Shown: one piece after another, positions 21,349 through 30,950 of the stretch
How positions within the stretch are numbered: the stretch's first letter is position 1
Layout: each line of letters opens with the position of its first letter
From: an uncultured Candidatus Saccharibacteria bacterium
GTDB lineage: Bacteria; Patescibacteriota; Minisyncoccia; Minisyncoccales; JAGMDC01
DNA length: 64,000 nt
NCBI GenBank assembly: GCA_964615205.1
Contig: CAZTQA010000002.1
Coordinates: 125,267-189,266 of the forward strand
Reading direction: 5' to 3'
Notes under the pieces: model-generated
What the model was told of the DNA's origin: nothing
Seen by the model: only the letters and a program-made list of their open reading frames with translations
Database searches by the model: none
Translations under genes and position numbers: made by a program

Positions 21349-24300
21349 TTATATTTTTTCGCTTTTGTTTTCTTCTTCCTTCTCTTCATTCTCCTTAACC
21401 TCTATGTTAAGTCCTAACGATTTCAACTCTAAAAGTAAAAGATTAAAAGAAGCCGGAATATTAGGATTCTTTATTTTTTCACCCTTGAGAATAGCTTCAT
21501 AAGCTGCTCCTCTTCCAGTTACATCATCTGATTTAATAGTCAACATTTCTTGAAGAATATAGGCTGCACCATAACCTTCTAATGCCCAGACCTCCATTTC
21601 TCCGAATCTCTGGCCCCCAAATTGAGCTTTTCCTCCTAAGGGCTGCTGGGTAATTAAGGAATAAGGTCCGATGGAACGCATATGAATTTTATCTTCCACC
21701 ATATGGATCAATTTAAGCAAATAACTGTAGCCAACGGTAATTTTTTCTGGGAAAGGTATCCCTGTTCTTCCGTCAAAAAGAACCAGCTTGCCGTCTTCGG
21801 GAAAGCCAGCTTTTTTAAGCTCCTCTTTTATATCTTGCTCAGTTGCTCCAGACAAAGGAGAGGTGGCAGCTGAATAGCCCAATTTATGGGCCGCTAAACC
21901 TAAATGAGTTTCTAAAATCTGCCCGATGTTCATTCTGGAAGCCACACCCAAAGGATTTAAAATAACATCTACGGGCGTGCCATCTTCCAAGAAAGGCATT
22001 TCTTCTTCTGGTAAAACTTTGGAGATAACGCCCTTGTTTCCGTGTCTTCCGGAAAGCTTGTCTCCAGCTCCGATTTTCCTAATCTGGGCTACTTCCACCT
22101 GAACTCTTTTTATAATTCCTGGTTCCAATTTATCTCCTTTCTCTCTGTCAAATATTTTTATACCCACCACTCTTCCATTTTTCCCATGTTCTAATCTTAA
22201 AGAACTATCTTTGACCTCTTTGGCTTTTTCTCCAAAAATAGCTCTTAATAATCTTTCTTCAGCTGTTAAGTCTGCCTCTCCTTTGGGAGAAATCTTGCCT
22301 ACCAAAATGTCATTAGGCCCGACATCAGCTCCTATTCTTACTATTCCTTCTTCGTCTAAATCCTTAAGTTTTTCTAAACCCACATTAGGAATATCAGAAG
22401 TAGTAAGCTCTGGTCCTAACTTGGTTTCTCTGACATCGCAAACAAAACTCTCAATATGGATAGAAGTAAAATAATCGTTTTTAACCAATCTTTCAGAAAT
22501 AATTACAGCATCTTCATAATTTCCTCCTCTCCAAGGCATAAAAGCTACTAAAACGTTCTGGCCCAAAGCCAGACGTCCGTTCTTAATGGCTCCCCCATCA
22601 GCTAAGACATCTCCTTTTTTTATTTTTTGATTTTTTTCCACTATGGGCTTTTGATGAAAGCAAGTATACTGATTGGTTCTTATAAAAGTTCTTAATTCAT
22701 ACTCTTTTATCCTTCCGCTTTTGGTTCTTAAAACAATTCTTTCAGAATCAACTTCTTTGACCGTTCCATCTTCTTCGGCCACAATGGCTTGCCCGGAATC
22801 TTTAGCTATCTTTTCTTCTATACCCGTGGAAACCAAGGGGGATTCCGGCTTAAGCAGAGGAACTGATTGTCTCTGCATATTAGAACCCATAAGAGCCCTG
22901 TTGGCATCATCGTTTTGAAGAAAGGGAATAAGAGAAGTGGCTACAGAAATAGACTGCTGGGGAGAGACGTCTACAAAATCAATTCTTTCCTTTTTAATTT
23001 CTCCAGGCTGACCTTGAATTCTGGCTTCTACTAAAGAAGAAAGGATATTCCCCTTATCATCAACAGAAATGCCGGCATGAGCAATATTGTATTTTTCTTC
23101 TTCATAAGCTGTAAGATAAACGATTTCATTGATAACTTTGCCGTTTTTAACTTTGTAATAAGGAGTTTCAATAAATCCGTAAGGGCTTATTCTAGCATAG
23201 CTTGCCAAATGGCTTACTAAACCAATATTAGCTCCTTCTGGTGTTTGGATAGGACAAATTCTTCCATAATGGGAAGGCTGAACATCTCTAACTTCAAATC
23301 CAGCTCTTTCCCGGGTAAGACCTCCGGGACCAGTAGCAGTCAAAGTTCTTTTATGTTCCAGCTCCGCTAAAGGATTCTCATTATCCATAAACTGGGAAAA
23401 TTGACTGGAAGCAAAAAACTCTTTAGTTACGGCCATAAAAGGTTTGGGATTGATAAATTGAGCTGGCATAGCTCCTTCAATTTCAAGAGTAGACATTCTA
23501 TCTTTGATAATCCTTTCCATTCTCATCATACCCACCCTTAAACGATTCTGGAGAAGTTCATTAATAGTTCTCACTCTCCTATTGCCTAAATGATCAATCT
23601 GATCAGCTTTAGATTGAGGATCATTGTTTAAACGAATAATTTCTCTGATTACTTCCACCACATCCTCTAAATGCAGAACCCTGTCTTCTTTTTTAATCTC
23701 TTTTGTTTTCTGGAACTTTTTAAGTTCTGGCAATCGCTCTAAGGTTTTCCAACGTCCCACTTTTGATAAATCATATCTGTCAAAATTGAAAAACATATTG
23801 TCAATCAATTCTTTGGCAGAATCAGGATTAGCCAAATCACCCGGCCTTAATCTTTGATAAACATCAATTACGGCCTCGGCTTGGTTTTTACTTTCGTCCC
23901 TGCTCAGGGTTTTATCAATATATTTAATTTCCCCTTTATCAACATCGTTGAAGGCTTTTTTAATATCCTGATCTTTTTCCAGCCCAAAAGCTCTTAACAA
24001 GGTTGTGGCCGGAACTTTTCTTTTTCGATCAATCTTGACCCCGATTAATCCTGAAGATTCAGTTTCAATCTCAAGCCAAGCTCCGCGATTAGGTATAATC
24101 TTAGCCCCGAAATGCTTTTTACCGTTAACATTTTGGCTGGTAAAAAAAGCACCCGGAGAACGGATAAGCTGGGAGATAACCACTCTTTCCACTCCGTTAA
24201 CTACAAAAGTTCCTCTTTCTGTCATTAAAGGAAAATCAGCCAGGAAAACTTCTTGTTCCCTGGTTTCTTTGGTTTTGAGGTTAACCAGTTTAACTTTTAC

Positions 24301-24561
24301 TCTAAGAGGAGCCTCAAAAGAATCATTGTTTCTTTTAGCTTCCAAGTCATTTTTGTATTTTGATTTAGATATTTTGTAATCTATAAACCAGAGCTCTAAT
24401 TCTTTGCCAGTGTAATCTCTAATGGGAGAAATTTCTTCAAAGAGTCCTTTTAAATCTGTTTCCCAAAACTGATGCCAGTTTTTTTTCTGAACATCTAAAA
24501 GATAAGGGAGAGGTAAATTAATCTTTGATTTATTAAAGTGTTTAATTTTTAGAGCCTCCAT
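21349..24561 (-). CDS. rpoB: DNA-directed RNA polymerase subunit beta
   Basis: 1070 aa with full-length RpoB-like sequence ([19 protein letters not shown]). Confidence 0.97.
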   Translation of the reverse strand: MEALKIKHFNKSKINLPLPYLLDVQKKNWHQFWETDLKGLFEEISPIRDYTGKELELWFIDYKISKSKYKNDLEAKRNNDSFEAPLRVKVKLVNLKTKETREQEVFLADFPLMTERGTFVVNGVERVVISQLIRSPGAFFTSQNVNGKKHFGAKIIPNRGAWLEIETESSGLIGVKIDRKRKVPATTLLRAFGLEKDQDIKKAFNDVDKGEIKYIDKTLSRDESKNQAEAVIDVYQRLRPGDLANPDSAKELIDNMFFNFDRYDLSKVGRWKTLERLPELKKFQKTKEIKKEDRVLHLEDVVEVIREIIRLNNDPQSKADQIDHLGNRRVRTINELLQNRLRVGMMRMERIIKDRMSTLEIEGAMPAQFINPKPFMAVTKEFFASSQFSQFMDNENPLAELEHKRTLTATGPGGLTRERAGFEVRDVQPSHYGRICPIQTPEGANIGLVSHLASYARISPYGFIETPYYKVKNGKVINEIVYLTAYEEEKYNIAHAGISVDDKGNILSSLVEARIQGQPGEIKKERIDFVDVSPQQSISVATSLIPFLQNDDANRALMGSNMQRQSVPLLKPESPLVSTGIEEKIAKDSGQAIVAEEDGTVKEVDSERIVLRTKSGRIKEYELRTFIRTNQYTCFHQKPIVEKNQKIKKGDVLADGGAIKNGRLALGQNVLVAFMPWRGGNYEDAVIISERLVKNDYFTSIHIESFVCDVRETKLGPELTTSDIPNVGLEKLKDLDEEGIVRIGADVGPNDILVGKISPKGEADLTAEERLLRAIFGEKAKEVKDSSLRLEHGKNGRVVGIKIFDREKGDKLEPGIIKRVQVEVAQIRKIGAGDKLSGRHGNKGVISKVLPEEEMPFLEDGTPVDVILNPLGVASRMNIGQILETHLGLAAHKLGYSAATSPLSGATEQDIKEELKKAGFPEDGKLVLFDGRTGIPFPEKITVGYSYLLKLIHMVEDKIHMRSIGPYSLITQQPLGGKAQFGGQRFGEMEVWALEGYGAAYILQEMLTIKSDDVTGRGAAYEAILKGEKIKNPNIPASFNLLLLELKSLGLNIEVKENEEKEEENKSEKI

Positions 24562-24677
24562 AATTTGAAAAATAAAAAATTACCCTCAATTTAATTTTTA
24601 GGGCTGTAAAATTAATTTAGTTTAAAAAAAATAAGCAAGCACAAATTACAATTTGCTTATAAATTGCCTATAAAACA

Positions 24678-24706
24678 AGTATATTACATTCCTTGGAAAT
24701 TGTCAA
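24678..24706 (-). promoter_or_regulatory. candidate promoter of rpoBC
   Basis: Minus strand reads TTGACA, 17 nt, TATACT. This would give a 5-prime UTR of roughly 110 nt. No rplJ/rplL genes lie upstream. Confidence 0.35.
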
Positions 24707-24709
24707 CAA

Positions 24710-25312
24710 TTATATCTTTAAAATTACCAATTCTCTTCCTTCTTTAGGCAAATCCTTTTTTTTGATAGAGAGTTTGTTAACTGGCTCAATTGTTTTTTCT
24801 CCCATTACTTTAAGGAAATCATCTAATTTGTTAAGTTTGATCTTAATCTTGGGAATATGATAACACATAGGTATAACTAATCTCGGCTCTATCTGTTTAA
24901 CAATCTTAAAAGCGGCTTGAGCGTCTTCGCCTACAGGAACCATTAAAATATCTATATCCCCTATTTTATCCACTTGGCTGCTGGTAAGTTCTTTTTGTTT
25001 AATGCATCCTAAATGACATAAGCGCATTCCTTCTGTTTCTAAAACATATATATTTGAATCTACTGAAATACCCTGAATAAAAACATCTTTTATGTCATAT
25101 TCCCCCGGTTCATTGATTAAAAAATAATCCGAGTTTTTTATTCTTTCTGCTGAATATTTTTTCTCTGTAAAAATTAAAATATCTGCCTCTGTTTTAGGCA
25201 TTGTTAATCCGGTTTCTGCGGCCAAAGGATCAATAACTATCTTGACTGAACCGTCTTTTCCTTTTGGGCTCACAATCTGGAAACAAGATTGTCCAAACCA
25301 AGTGATGTTCAT
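24710..25312 (-). CDS. MBL-fold (UPF0173-like) protein, metal ligands apparently degenerate
   Basis: MNITWFGQSCFQI... resembles the UPF0173 N-terminus but lacks the His cluster. Start placed at ATG 25312 rather than GTG 25330. Confidence 0.5.
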   Translation of the reverse strand: MNITWFGQSCFQIVSPKGKDGSVKIVIDPLAAETGLTMPKTEADILIFTEKKYSAERIKNSDYFLINEPGEYDIKDVFIQGISVDSNIYVLETEGMRLCHLGCIKQKELTSSQVDKIGDIDILMVPVGEDAQAAFKIVKQIEPRLVIPMCYHIPKIKIKLNKLDDFLKVMGEKTIEPVNKLSIKKKDLPKEGRELVILKI

Positions 25313-25313
25313 A

Positions 25314-25353
25314 TATCTAAATAATAACACAAACCCCCTACTTTGGGTAGAGG
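25314..25353 (-). repeat. 40-nt islet repeat R1 (hairpin plus leader abutting a start codon)
   Basis: Minus strand reads cctctacccaaagtagggggtttgtgttattatttagata, then T, then ATG. Matches R3 at 34/40. Confidence 0.7.
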
Positions 25354-25377
25354 AAATAATCTTTTTACTATCTTTAT

Positions 25378-27015
25378 CTATAAGTCATCTATATTAAAGA
25401 AATGGATCTTGCTATCGCTCATTTGGGCAATTATCCATTTGGAACTGCTGCATATGTTAATACCAGCATTATTCGGTATGCCTCCTACTAATTCACCTAA
25501 GTATGTAAATTCAGTTCCATTTCTGCAGGAATACAAATCATTCCAGGTTAGTTCTACTCCATCTACTTGTCCATAGGCTATCCAGTCAGCCCCGGATAAA
25601 ATTGTGTTCATTCTCTCCGTATATTGCTGTGCTTCAAAAACCAGCGAATAGCTAAAGTCTGGCTTAATATCCACCAGATACATGTAAGCTCCTTTGCAGA
25701 ATGGATCGGTTGAGAACATATAAGAATGTTCGTTTTGGTAGGTTAATCTGATACTGTCGTTGTAGACAACAGCGGACAGATGCGGTAACTCGCCTTCTGG
25801 AGGATACGGAGATTTAGGAAAATCGGGATAGTCCCATTTTGTTATGAACTTTTCAGCATAGTCAATTTCTATTCCTTCTGGGACCAAAATACCATATACT
25901 AATCGTATTGTGTGGCTGCCATCAGTAATGACGAAATGCCAGATCGAGCCATCCTGGTGCTGAACAACGGTTTCGTGCGTGGCATAATTACATGGCGATA
26001 ATCTGGTAGTTGTAGTATTCCAAACATCATTATCATATAATTTCAGCCAGGTATCTACAGCAACATTATTATCCTCATCGTATACTCTTTTCTGCTGGTG
26101 CCCGGCTATTAATAGCCTGCCATCTTGCAATCGTATAAAGCCTGCAACCCTGCTGTAACTATCTCCTATGGTTTCCGAAGACGAAAGTAATGCAGTATCG
26201 CCTGATATGTCATAGTGGGCCATCTTCAAAGGAAGACCGCAAGCAACCCAGACATCATTTTGTGATGTTAATTGTGCATAACTAGGTTGCCAGGCAGGTA
26301 CTTCAGATAATTTGTAAGTACTTACTGTTCCTGAGCGATTGACATAGAGATAAGTATAGCCACTGACATAGATAAAAGCTATTGTATCTTCATACTCAGC
26401 TGCTTGTTTTTGATAAGGTACTGAACCTGTAAAAGGTTCAGGGGTTGGTGTTTGAGACGGTGCTGGCTGAGGAGGTGCTGCTCCAGACAAATGCCAGTTC
26501 TTATTGAGCCAGGAGAAGTCTAAGGTGTTGACTAAGTTGTCCTCGTTCAAGTCAGCATCAGAGTCAGTGTTCTGCCATTGGTTAGACATAATTATCCAGT
26601 CATCTTCATCAATATAGTTATTGTTGTCTAAATCACCTATGTCTAATGATACTGTGTCTGCAATATCATCAATTAAGTTATGATTAGATATCTTTTCATC
26701 TAAGTAACCAGGTATTTCTATTAATATATGGTAATTATTGTTTTTGTCTTGTGTAAAATCAGATAAGTCTAATTGAATATCATCATTATTGTCAGTAAAT
26801 ATGTTCTCTTGGTAATAAATATGTATGCTTTCTCCTGGAATAAAGATAGATACCTTGGTAATAAGGTGGCTGCCTGTTATTGGTTTGGCTTCTAAATCAA
26901 GGTTAATGGAGAATATGGAAGATGGTTGAGAAAAGCTTTCTGAACCATAACCTAAAGCTGAAAGAAATAAAAAAGCTATTAATAAGATAACTTTAAATAA
27001 GACTATTGCTTTCAT
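25378..27015 (-). CDS. secreted protein with dockerin-like Ca-binding repeats and a large unassigned C-terminal domain
   Basis: 545 aa with a signal peptide. GDLDNNNYIDEDDWIIM and ADLNEDNLVNTLDFSWL look like EF-hand/dockerin type I repeats. A PPQPAPSQTPTPEP linker follows, then a roughly 340-aa Trp/Tyr-rich domain. Confidence 0.5.
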   Translation of the reverse strand: MKAIVLFKVILLIAFLFLSALGYGSESFSQPSSIFSINLDLEAKPITGSHLITKVSIFIPGESIHIYYQENIFTDNNDDIQLDLSDFTQDKNNNYHILIEIPGYLDEKISNHNLIDDIADTVSLDIGDLDNNNYIDEDDWIIMSNQWQNTDSDADLNEDNLVNTLDFSWLNKNWHLSGAAPPQPAPSQTPTPEPFTGSVPYQKQAAEYEDTIAFIYVSGYTYLYVNRSGTVSTYKLSEVPAWQPSYAQLTSQNDVWVACGLPLKMAHYDISGDTALLSSSETIGDSYSRVAGFIRLQDGRLLIAGHQQKRVYDEDNNVAVDTWLKLYDNDVWNTTTTRLSPCNYATHETVVQHQDGSIWHFVITDGSHTIRLVYGILVPEGIEIDYAEKFITKWDYPDFPKSPYPPEGELPHLSAVVYNDSIRLTYQNEHSYMFSTDPFCKGAYMYLVDIKPDFSYSLVFEAQQYTERMNTILSGADWIAYGQVDGVELTWNDLYSCRNGTEFTYLGELVGGIPNNAGINICSSSKWIIAQMSDSKIHFFNIDDL

Positions 27016-27022
27016 TAATTAA

Positions 27023-27051
27023 TTTTAACTTTTAGCTAAACCACCTGTCAA
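27023..27051 (-). promoter_or_regulatory. candidate promoter, leaderless geometry
   Basis: Minus strand reads TTGACA, 17 nt, TTAAAA. The -10 box ends 7 nt before the ATG at 27015. Confidence 0.4.
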
Positions 27052-27053
27052 TG

Positions 27054-27085
27054 CTAAAAGATAAACCCTTTACTTTGGGTAGAGA
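27054..27085 (-). repeat. islet repeat R2 (partial copy)
   Basis: Minus strand reads tctctacccaaagtaaagggtttatcttttag, starting directly after the stop of the 27086..27403 gene. Confidence 0.55.
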
Positions 27086-27403
27086 TTAGATTTTTACCAA
27101 AGAACTAAATTTATTAAACATTAATAATGTTTTAAAAATTTTGATTAACTCTTCTAAGGTTTTATCTTTTTTAAGATAAAATTCGGCTAAAACTTCTCTG
27201 AATCTTAATAGTTCTTTTAAAGCTCCTTTTCGCCAACGAGGGTCATTGCTAGTTAAATCAATTAATTCAAATGCCCTATTCAAACAACCCATAGCCAATT
27301 TTTCATTTTTGCTAATTAATAAGTTTTTTGTCCGAGAAAATTCTGAAGCAATGTTTAAAATTTGCTCTTCCTTAGAAAGTTTTTGCCATTTTCCCTGAGT
27401 CAT
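27086..27403 (-). CDS. hypothetical all-helical small protein
   Basis: 105 aa. Its ATG overlaps the upstream stop as ATGA. No family recognised. Confidence 0.45.
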   Translation of the reverse strand: MTQGKWQKLSKEEQILNIASEFSRTKNLLISKNEKLAMGCLNRAFELIDLTSNDPRWRKGALKELLRFREVLAEFYLKKDKTLEELIKIFKTLLMFNKFSSLVKI

Positions 27404-27759
27404 AGATCACTGATTGTTTTTTTTAATGCCTTATCAATTTTTTCTATAATTGTTTTATCTCGAATATCCATTAAAGGATTATTTTGTGAAGGCTTAATAT
27501 TGATTAAGGCCGAATAATCAATAGTTATTTCGTTTCCATGCTCCGGTAAAAATATGCTGCCACCCCAAAGATTTCTACTATCCGAACCATTGTTAATTAG
27601 AAGTTGTTGAGCATCAGAATGTAATTCGCCACCGAAAGCAATTAGTTCTTTTTCAATATCCACGACAAATTTAACCACTTCTTTAAAGGGTTTGTCTAAA
27701 AACTTTTCAAGATACTCCTTATTAACTTTTTCTCTAATAATTTCAATTGGATAAATCAT
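27400..27759 (-). CDS. hypothetical protein (possibly DUF5674-like, from memory only)
   Basis: 119 aa. The FGGELHSDAQQLLINNGSDSRNLWGG segment resembles a CPR-enriched DUF as I recall it; unverified. Confidence 0.45.
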   Translation of the reverse strand: MIYPIEIIREKVNKEYLEKFLDKPFKEVVKFVVDIEKELIAFGGELHSDAQQLLINNGSDSRNLWGGSIFLPEHGNEITIDYSALINIKPSQNNPLMDIRDKTIIEKIDKALKKTISDL

Positions 27760-27765
27760 ATTTTC

Positions 27766-27805
27766 TATCTAAAGAATAACACAAACTCTCTAATTTGTGT
27801 AGAGG
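27766..27805 (-). repeat. 40-nt islet repeat R3
   Basis: Minus strand reads cctctacacaaattagagagtttgtgttattctttagata, then gaaaat, then ATG. Confidence 0.7.
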
Positions 27806-27872
27806 GTTTCTAAAGCTTAGTTTTAATCAAGACTTGTAAAAAAAATAAAAATAATGTAAGATTAACCTGAAT

Positions 27873-28919
27873 ATGGAAAACGAAGAAATAAAACCAGCTA
27901 AAATAGGAGACATTATAGAAGGAAGAGTGGTCGGAATTGACCGCTCCAGTGTTTTTATTGACTTGGGAGCAATTGGCACAGGCATCATTTTTGGCAGAGA
28001 ATTTCAGGAAGCAAAGAGCCGCCTCAGAAACATTAAAAAAGGAGAAACTATTTCTGCCAAGATTGTTGATTTAGAAAACGAAGAAGGATATATTGAGCTT
28101 TCTGCCAGAGAAGCGGAAAAAGAGAATAACTGGAAAAACATCAGAGAAATAAAAGATAAAGAAGAAAAAATTAAGGTTAAAATTATCGGAGCTAATAAAG
28201 GCGGCCTGTTGGCAGAGATAAACGGTTTGGCTGCTTTTATGCCTGTTTCCCAGCTTTCTTTCCAGCATTATCCTCATATCGAAGGAGATGATAGATCTCA
28301 GATAGTTAAAAAACTGCAGCAGTTTATTGGTCAAGAATTAGAAGCAAAAGTGATTAGTTACGAGCCGGAACAGGAAAAATTAATTATATCTGAAAAAGCC
28401 AGTGAGATGGAAAATGTTAAAGAAGATATTAAGAAATACAAAATAGGAGACGTAATAAAGGGTGAAATCACTAAAATCACTGATTTCGGTGCTTTTATAA
28501 GATTTTCATTAAATGAAAGATTTTTAGAAGGATTAATTCATATTTCTGAACTTGACTGGGAAATAGTTGAAAATCCTTCTCAAATAGTCAAGGTAGGAGA
28601 AAAAATAAAAGCCAAGATTGTTAATCTTACAGAAGATAAGATTTTTCTTTCTTTGAAGGCGCTTAAAAAAGACCCCTGGGAAGATGTGGAGAAAGAATAT
28701 AAAAAAGGAGATAAGGTTAAGGGTAAAGTAGTAAAATTAGATAGCTTCGGTGCCTTGGTGCAATTAACTAAATCTAAAATACAGGCTCTCTGCCACATTT
28801 CAGAATTTGGCACTAAAAATAAAATGGAAGATAAAATTAAGGAAGGAGAAGAATACTCCTTTAAAATTCTTTCCGTTAATCCTAAGGAACATAAAATGTC
28901 TTTGAGTTTAGCAGAGTAA
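27873..28919 (+). CDS. rpsA: 30S ribosomal protein S1 (four S1 domains)
   Basis: 348 aa with repeated S1 motifs (G.I..G.V....D.GAF......EGLIH.SE). Confidence 0.85.
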   Translation: MENEEIKPAKIGDIIEGRVVGIDRSSVFIDLGAIGTGIIFGREFQEAKSRLRNIKKGETISAKIVDLENEEGYIELSAREAEKENNWKNIREIKDKEEKIKVKIIGANKGGLLAEINGLAAFMPVSQLSFQHYPHIEGDDRSQIVKKLQQFIGQELEAKVISYEPEQEKLIISEKASEMENVKEDIKKYKIGDVIKGEITKITDFGAFIRFSLNERFLEGLIHISELDWEIVENPSQIVKVGEKIKAKIVNLTEDKIFLSLKALKKDPWEDVEKEYKKGDKVKGKVVKLDSFGALVQLTKSKIQALCHISEFGTKNKMEDKIKEGEEYSFKILSVNPKEHKMSLSLAE

Positions 28920-28920
28920 T

Positions 28921-30780
28921 ATGGCAAAATCTAAAAATTTCCAAAATCTTTTCAAAAACATTATTTTTGTTTTTCTTATTTTTTTAACTATTTCAGCTAT
29001 TTTTGCTTTGTTTTCCCAACCCTTTGCGGAAGTAAAAAACATATCCATAAGCCAGTTAGTGGAAGATATAAATGAAGGAAAAGTAAAAGAAATTGTTGTT
29101 TCCGGCAGTGAAATCAATATTGAGTATCTTGACGAAACCCAATCCAGAACCAGAAAAGAAACAGAAATAGCTTTTTCAGATACCTTAAGAAACTATGGAT
29201 TGAGTGAAGAAAAGATTGCTCAAACCAATATTGTAGTAGAAGCAGAAGGAGGATGGGCTTCTTGGATCCTTCCTTTATCTTTAATCCTGCCTTTGGTTAT
29301 TTTCGTTTTGTTCTTCTGGCTCATTTTCCGCCAGGCCAAGGGCGGAGCTATGCAGGCATTTAATTTTGGCAAGGCTAAAGCCCGGCTTTTTGGAGCAGAA
29401 GGACATCCTAAAGAAAAAATCACTTTTAAAGATGTGGCTGGATTAAAAGAAGCCAAACAGGAATTGCAGGAAATTGTAGGTTTTTTGAAAAATCCCAAGA
29501 AATTTCTAACTATGGGAGCCAGAATTCCCAGAGGAGTTCTTCTTTTAGGACCGGCTGGCGTAGGAAAAACTCTACTCGCCAGGGCAGTGGCTGGCGAAGC
29601 CAATGTCCCCTTCTTCTCTGTGTCTGGCTCTGAATTTGTAGAAATGTTTGTAGGCGTCGGTTCTGCCCGCGTAAGAGATTTGTTTGCCACAGCTAAAAAA
29701 GCTGGCACTTCCATCATTTTCATTGATGAATTAGATGCCATTGGCAGAATAAGAGGAGCTGGGATTGGCGGAGGTCATGATGAAAGAGAGCAAACTTTAA
29801 ACCAAATCTTGGTGGAGATGGACGGATTTGAAAGAGATTCCAAAACCATTGTTTTAGCTGCCACTAATAGGGGCGATGTTTTGGACCCTGCCCTCCTAAG
29901 ACCAGGCCGTTTTGATAGAAAAGTGGTTCTGGATTTGCCTGATGTTAAAGACCGCAAACAAATTCTAGAAATTCATTCCAAAGACAAGCCCTTGGCTTTG
30001 AATATTGATTTGCGAGAAGTGGCTGAAAGAACACCTGGCTTTTCCGGAGCTGATTTAGCCAATGTGGCTAATGAGGCAGCTATTCTGGCAGCCCGTAAAA
30101 ACAAAAAGCAGGTTTTCCAGCAGGACTTTCTGGAATCAATTGAAAAAGTTCTTTTGGGTCCGGAAAGAAAATCCCATATCTTGTCTGAAGGAGAGAAAAA
30201 AAGAGCTGCTTACCATGAAGCTGGACATGCTTTGGTCTCTTCTTTAATACCAGGAACGGAACCAGTAAGAAAGGTTTCTATTGTTGCCAGAGGAATGGCA
30301 GCTGGTTATACTTTAAAAGTACCCACAGAAGAAAAACGGCTTAAAACTAAATCAGAATTTTTGGCTGAATTAGCTGTTTTGCTGGGTGGTTACACAGCTG
30401 AAAAAATAATCTTTAAAGAAATTTCAACCGGGGCTTCCAATGATTTAGAAAGAGCCTCAGAATTAGCCAGAAAATTAGTTAAACGGTATGGAATGTCTTC
30501 TCTGGGGCCTGTTTCCTTTGGAGAAAGAGAAGAATTAATTTTCTTGGGAAGAGAAATCTCTGAACAAAGAAATTATTCTGAAGAAGTGGCTTCTCTAATT
30601 GACAAAGAAGTGGCTAAATTCATTAAAGAAGCTGAAATTAAAGCTAAGTCAATTTTAACCAAAAACAAGAAACTTTTAGAAAAGCTTTCCAAAACCTTAA
30701 TTAAAAAAGAGACAATTGAGAGAGAGGAATACGAAAGTATAATAAAGTCCAGAAAAACTAAAAAGAAAAGCAAAAGATAA
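28921..30780 (+). CDS. ftsH: ATP-dependent zinc metalloprotease FtsH
   Basis: Two TMs, GPAGVGKT Walker A, the RPGRFDR second region of homology, and HEAGHA. Confidence 0.95.
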   Translation: MAKSKNFQNLFKNIIFVFLIFLTISAIFALFSQPFAEVKNISISQLVEDINEGKVKEIVVSGSEINIEYLDETQSRTRKETEIAFSDTLRNYGLSEEKIAQTNIVVEAEGGWASWILPLSLILPLVIFVLFFWLIFRQAKGGAMQAFNFGKAKARLFGAEGHPKEKITFKDVAGLKEAKQELQEIVGFLKNPKKFLTMGARIPRGVLLLGPAGVGKTLLARAVAGEANVPFFSVSGSEFVEMFVGVGSARVRDLFATAKKAGTSIIFIDELDAIGRIRGAGIGGGHDEREQTLNQILVEMDGFERDSKTIVLAATNRGDVLDPALLRPGRFDRKVVLDLPDVKDRKQILEIHSKDKPLALNIDLREVAERTPGFSGADLANVANEAAILAARKNKKQVFQQDFLESIEKVLLGPERKSHILSEGEKKRAAYHEAGHALVSSLIPGTEPVRKVSIVARGMAAGYTLKVPTEEKRLKTKSEFLAELAVLLGGYTAEKIIFKEISTGASNDLERASELARKLVKRYGMSSLGPVSFGEREELIFLGREISEQRNYSEEVASLIDKEVAKFIKEAEIKAKSILTKNKKLLEKLSKTLIKKETIEREEYESIIKSRKTKKKSKR

Positions 30781-30854
30781 GGGCGTGTAGCTCAGTGGTA
30801 GAGCATCCGTCTTATAAGCGGGAGGTTTCGCAGGTTCGAATCCTGCCACGCCCA
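30781..30854 (+). tRNA. tRNA, anticodon UAU (Ile) by manual folding; atypical 7-nt variable region
   Basis: Acceptor GGGCGTG/CACGCCC, D arm GCTC-AGTGGTA-GAGC, anticodon arm TCCGT-CTTATAA-GCGGG (two G:U pairs), T arm GCAGG-TTCGAAT-CCTGC. Starts immediately after the ftsH stop. Confidence 0.6.
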
Positions 30855-30862
30855 ATTGATGG

Positions 30863-30936
30863 GGGCGTATAGCTCAGTTGGTTAGAGCGTCGCGTTGACA
30901 TCGCGGAGGTCTCCCGTTCGATCCGGGATACGCCCA
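30863..30936 (+). tRNA. tRNA-Val (anticodon GAC)
   Basis: Acceptor GGGCGTA/TACGCCC, anticodon arm TCGCG-TTGACAT-CGCGG, T arm TCCCG-TTCGATC-CGGGA. Confidence 0.85.
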
Positions 30937-30950
30937 CTAGAAAATTAAAA

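Noticed and set aside
18242-24379. Numerous 60-124-aa plus-strand ORFs inside rpoC and rpoB
   Set aside because: They are antisense to full-length, well-supported RNA polymerase genes, which is typical of shadow ORFs.
29220-29741. 173-aa minus-strand ORF inside ftsH
   Set aside because: It is antisense to a well-supported ftsH gene, with an Ala/Pro/Ser-rich shadow translation.
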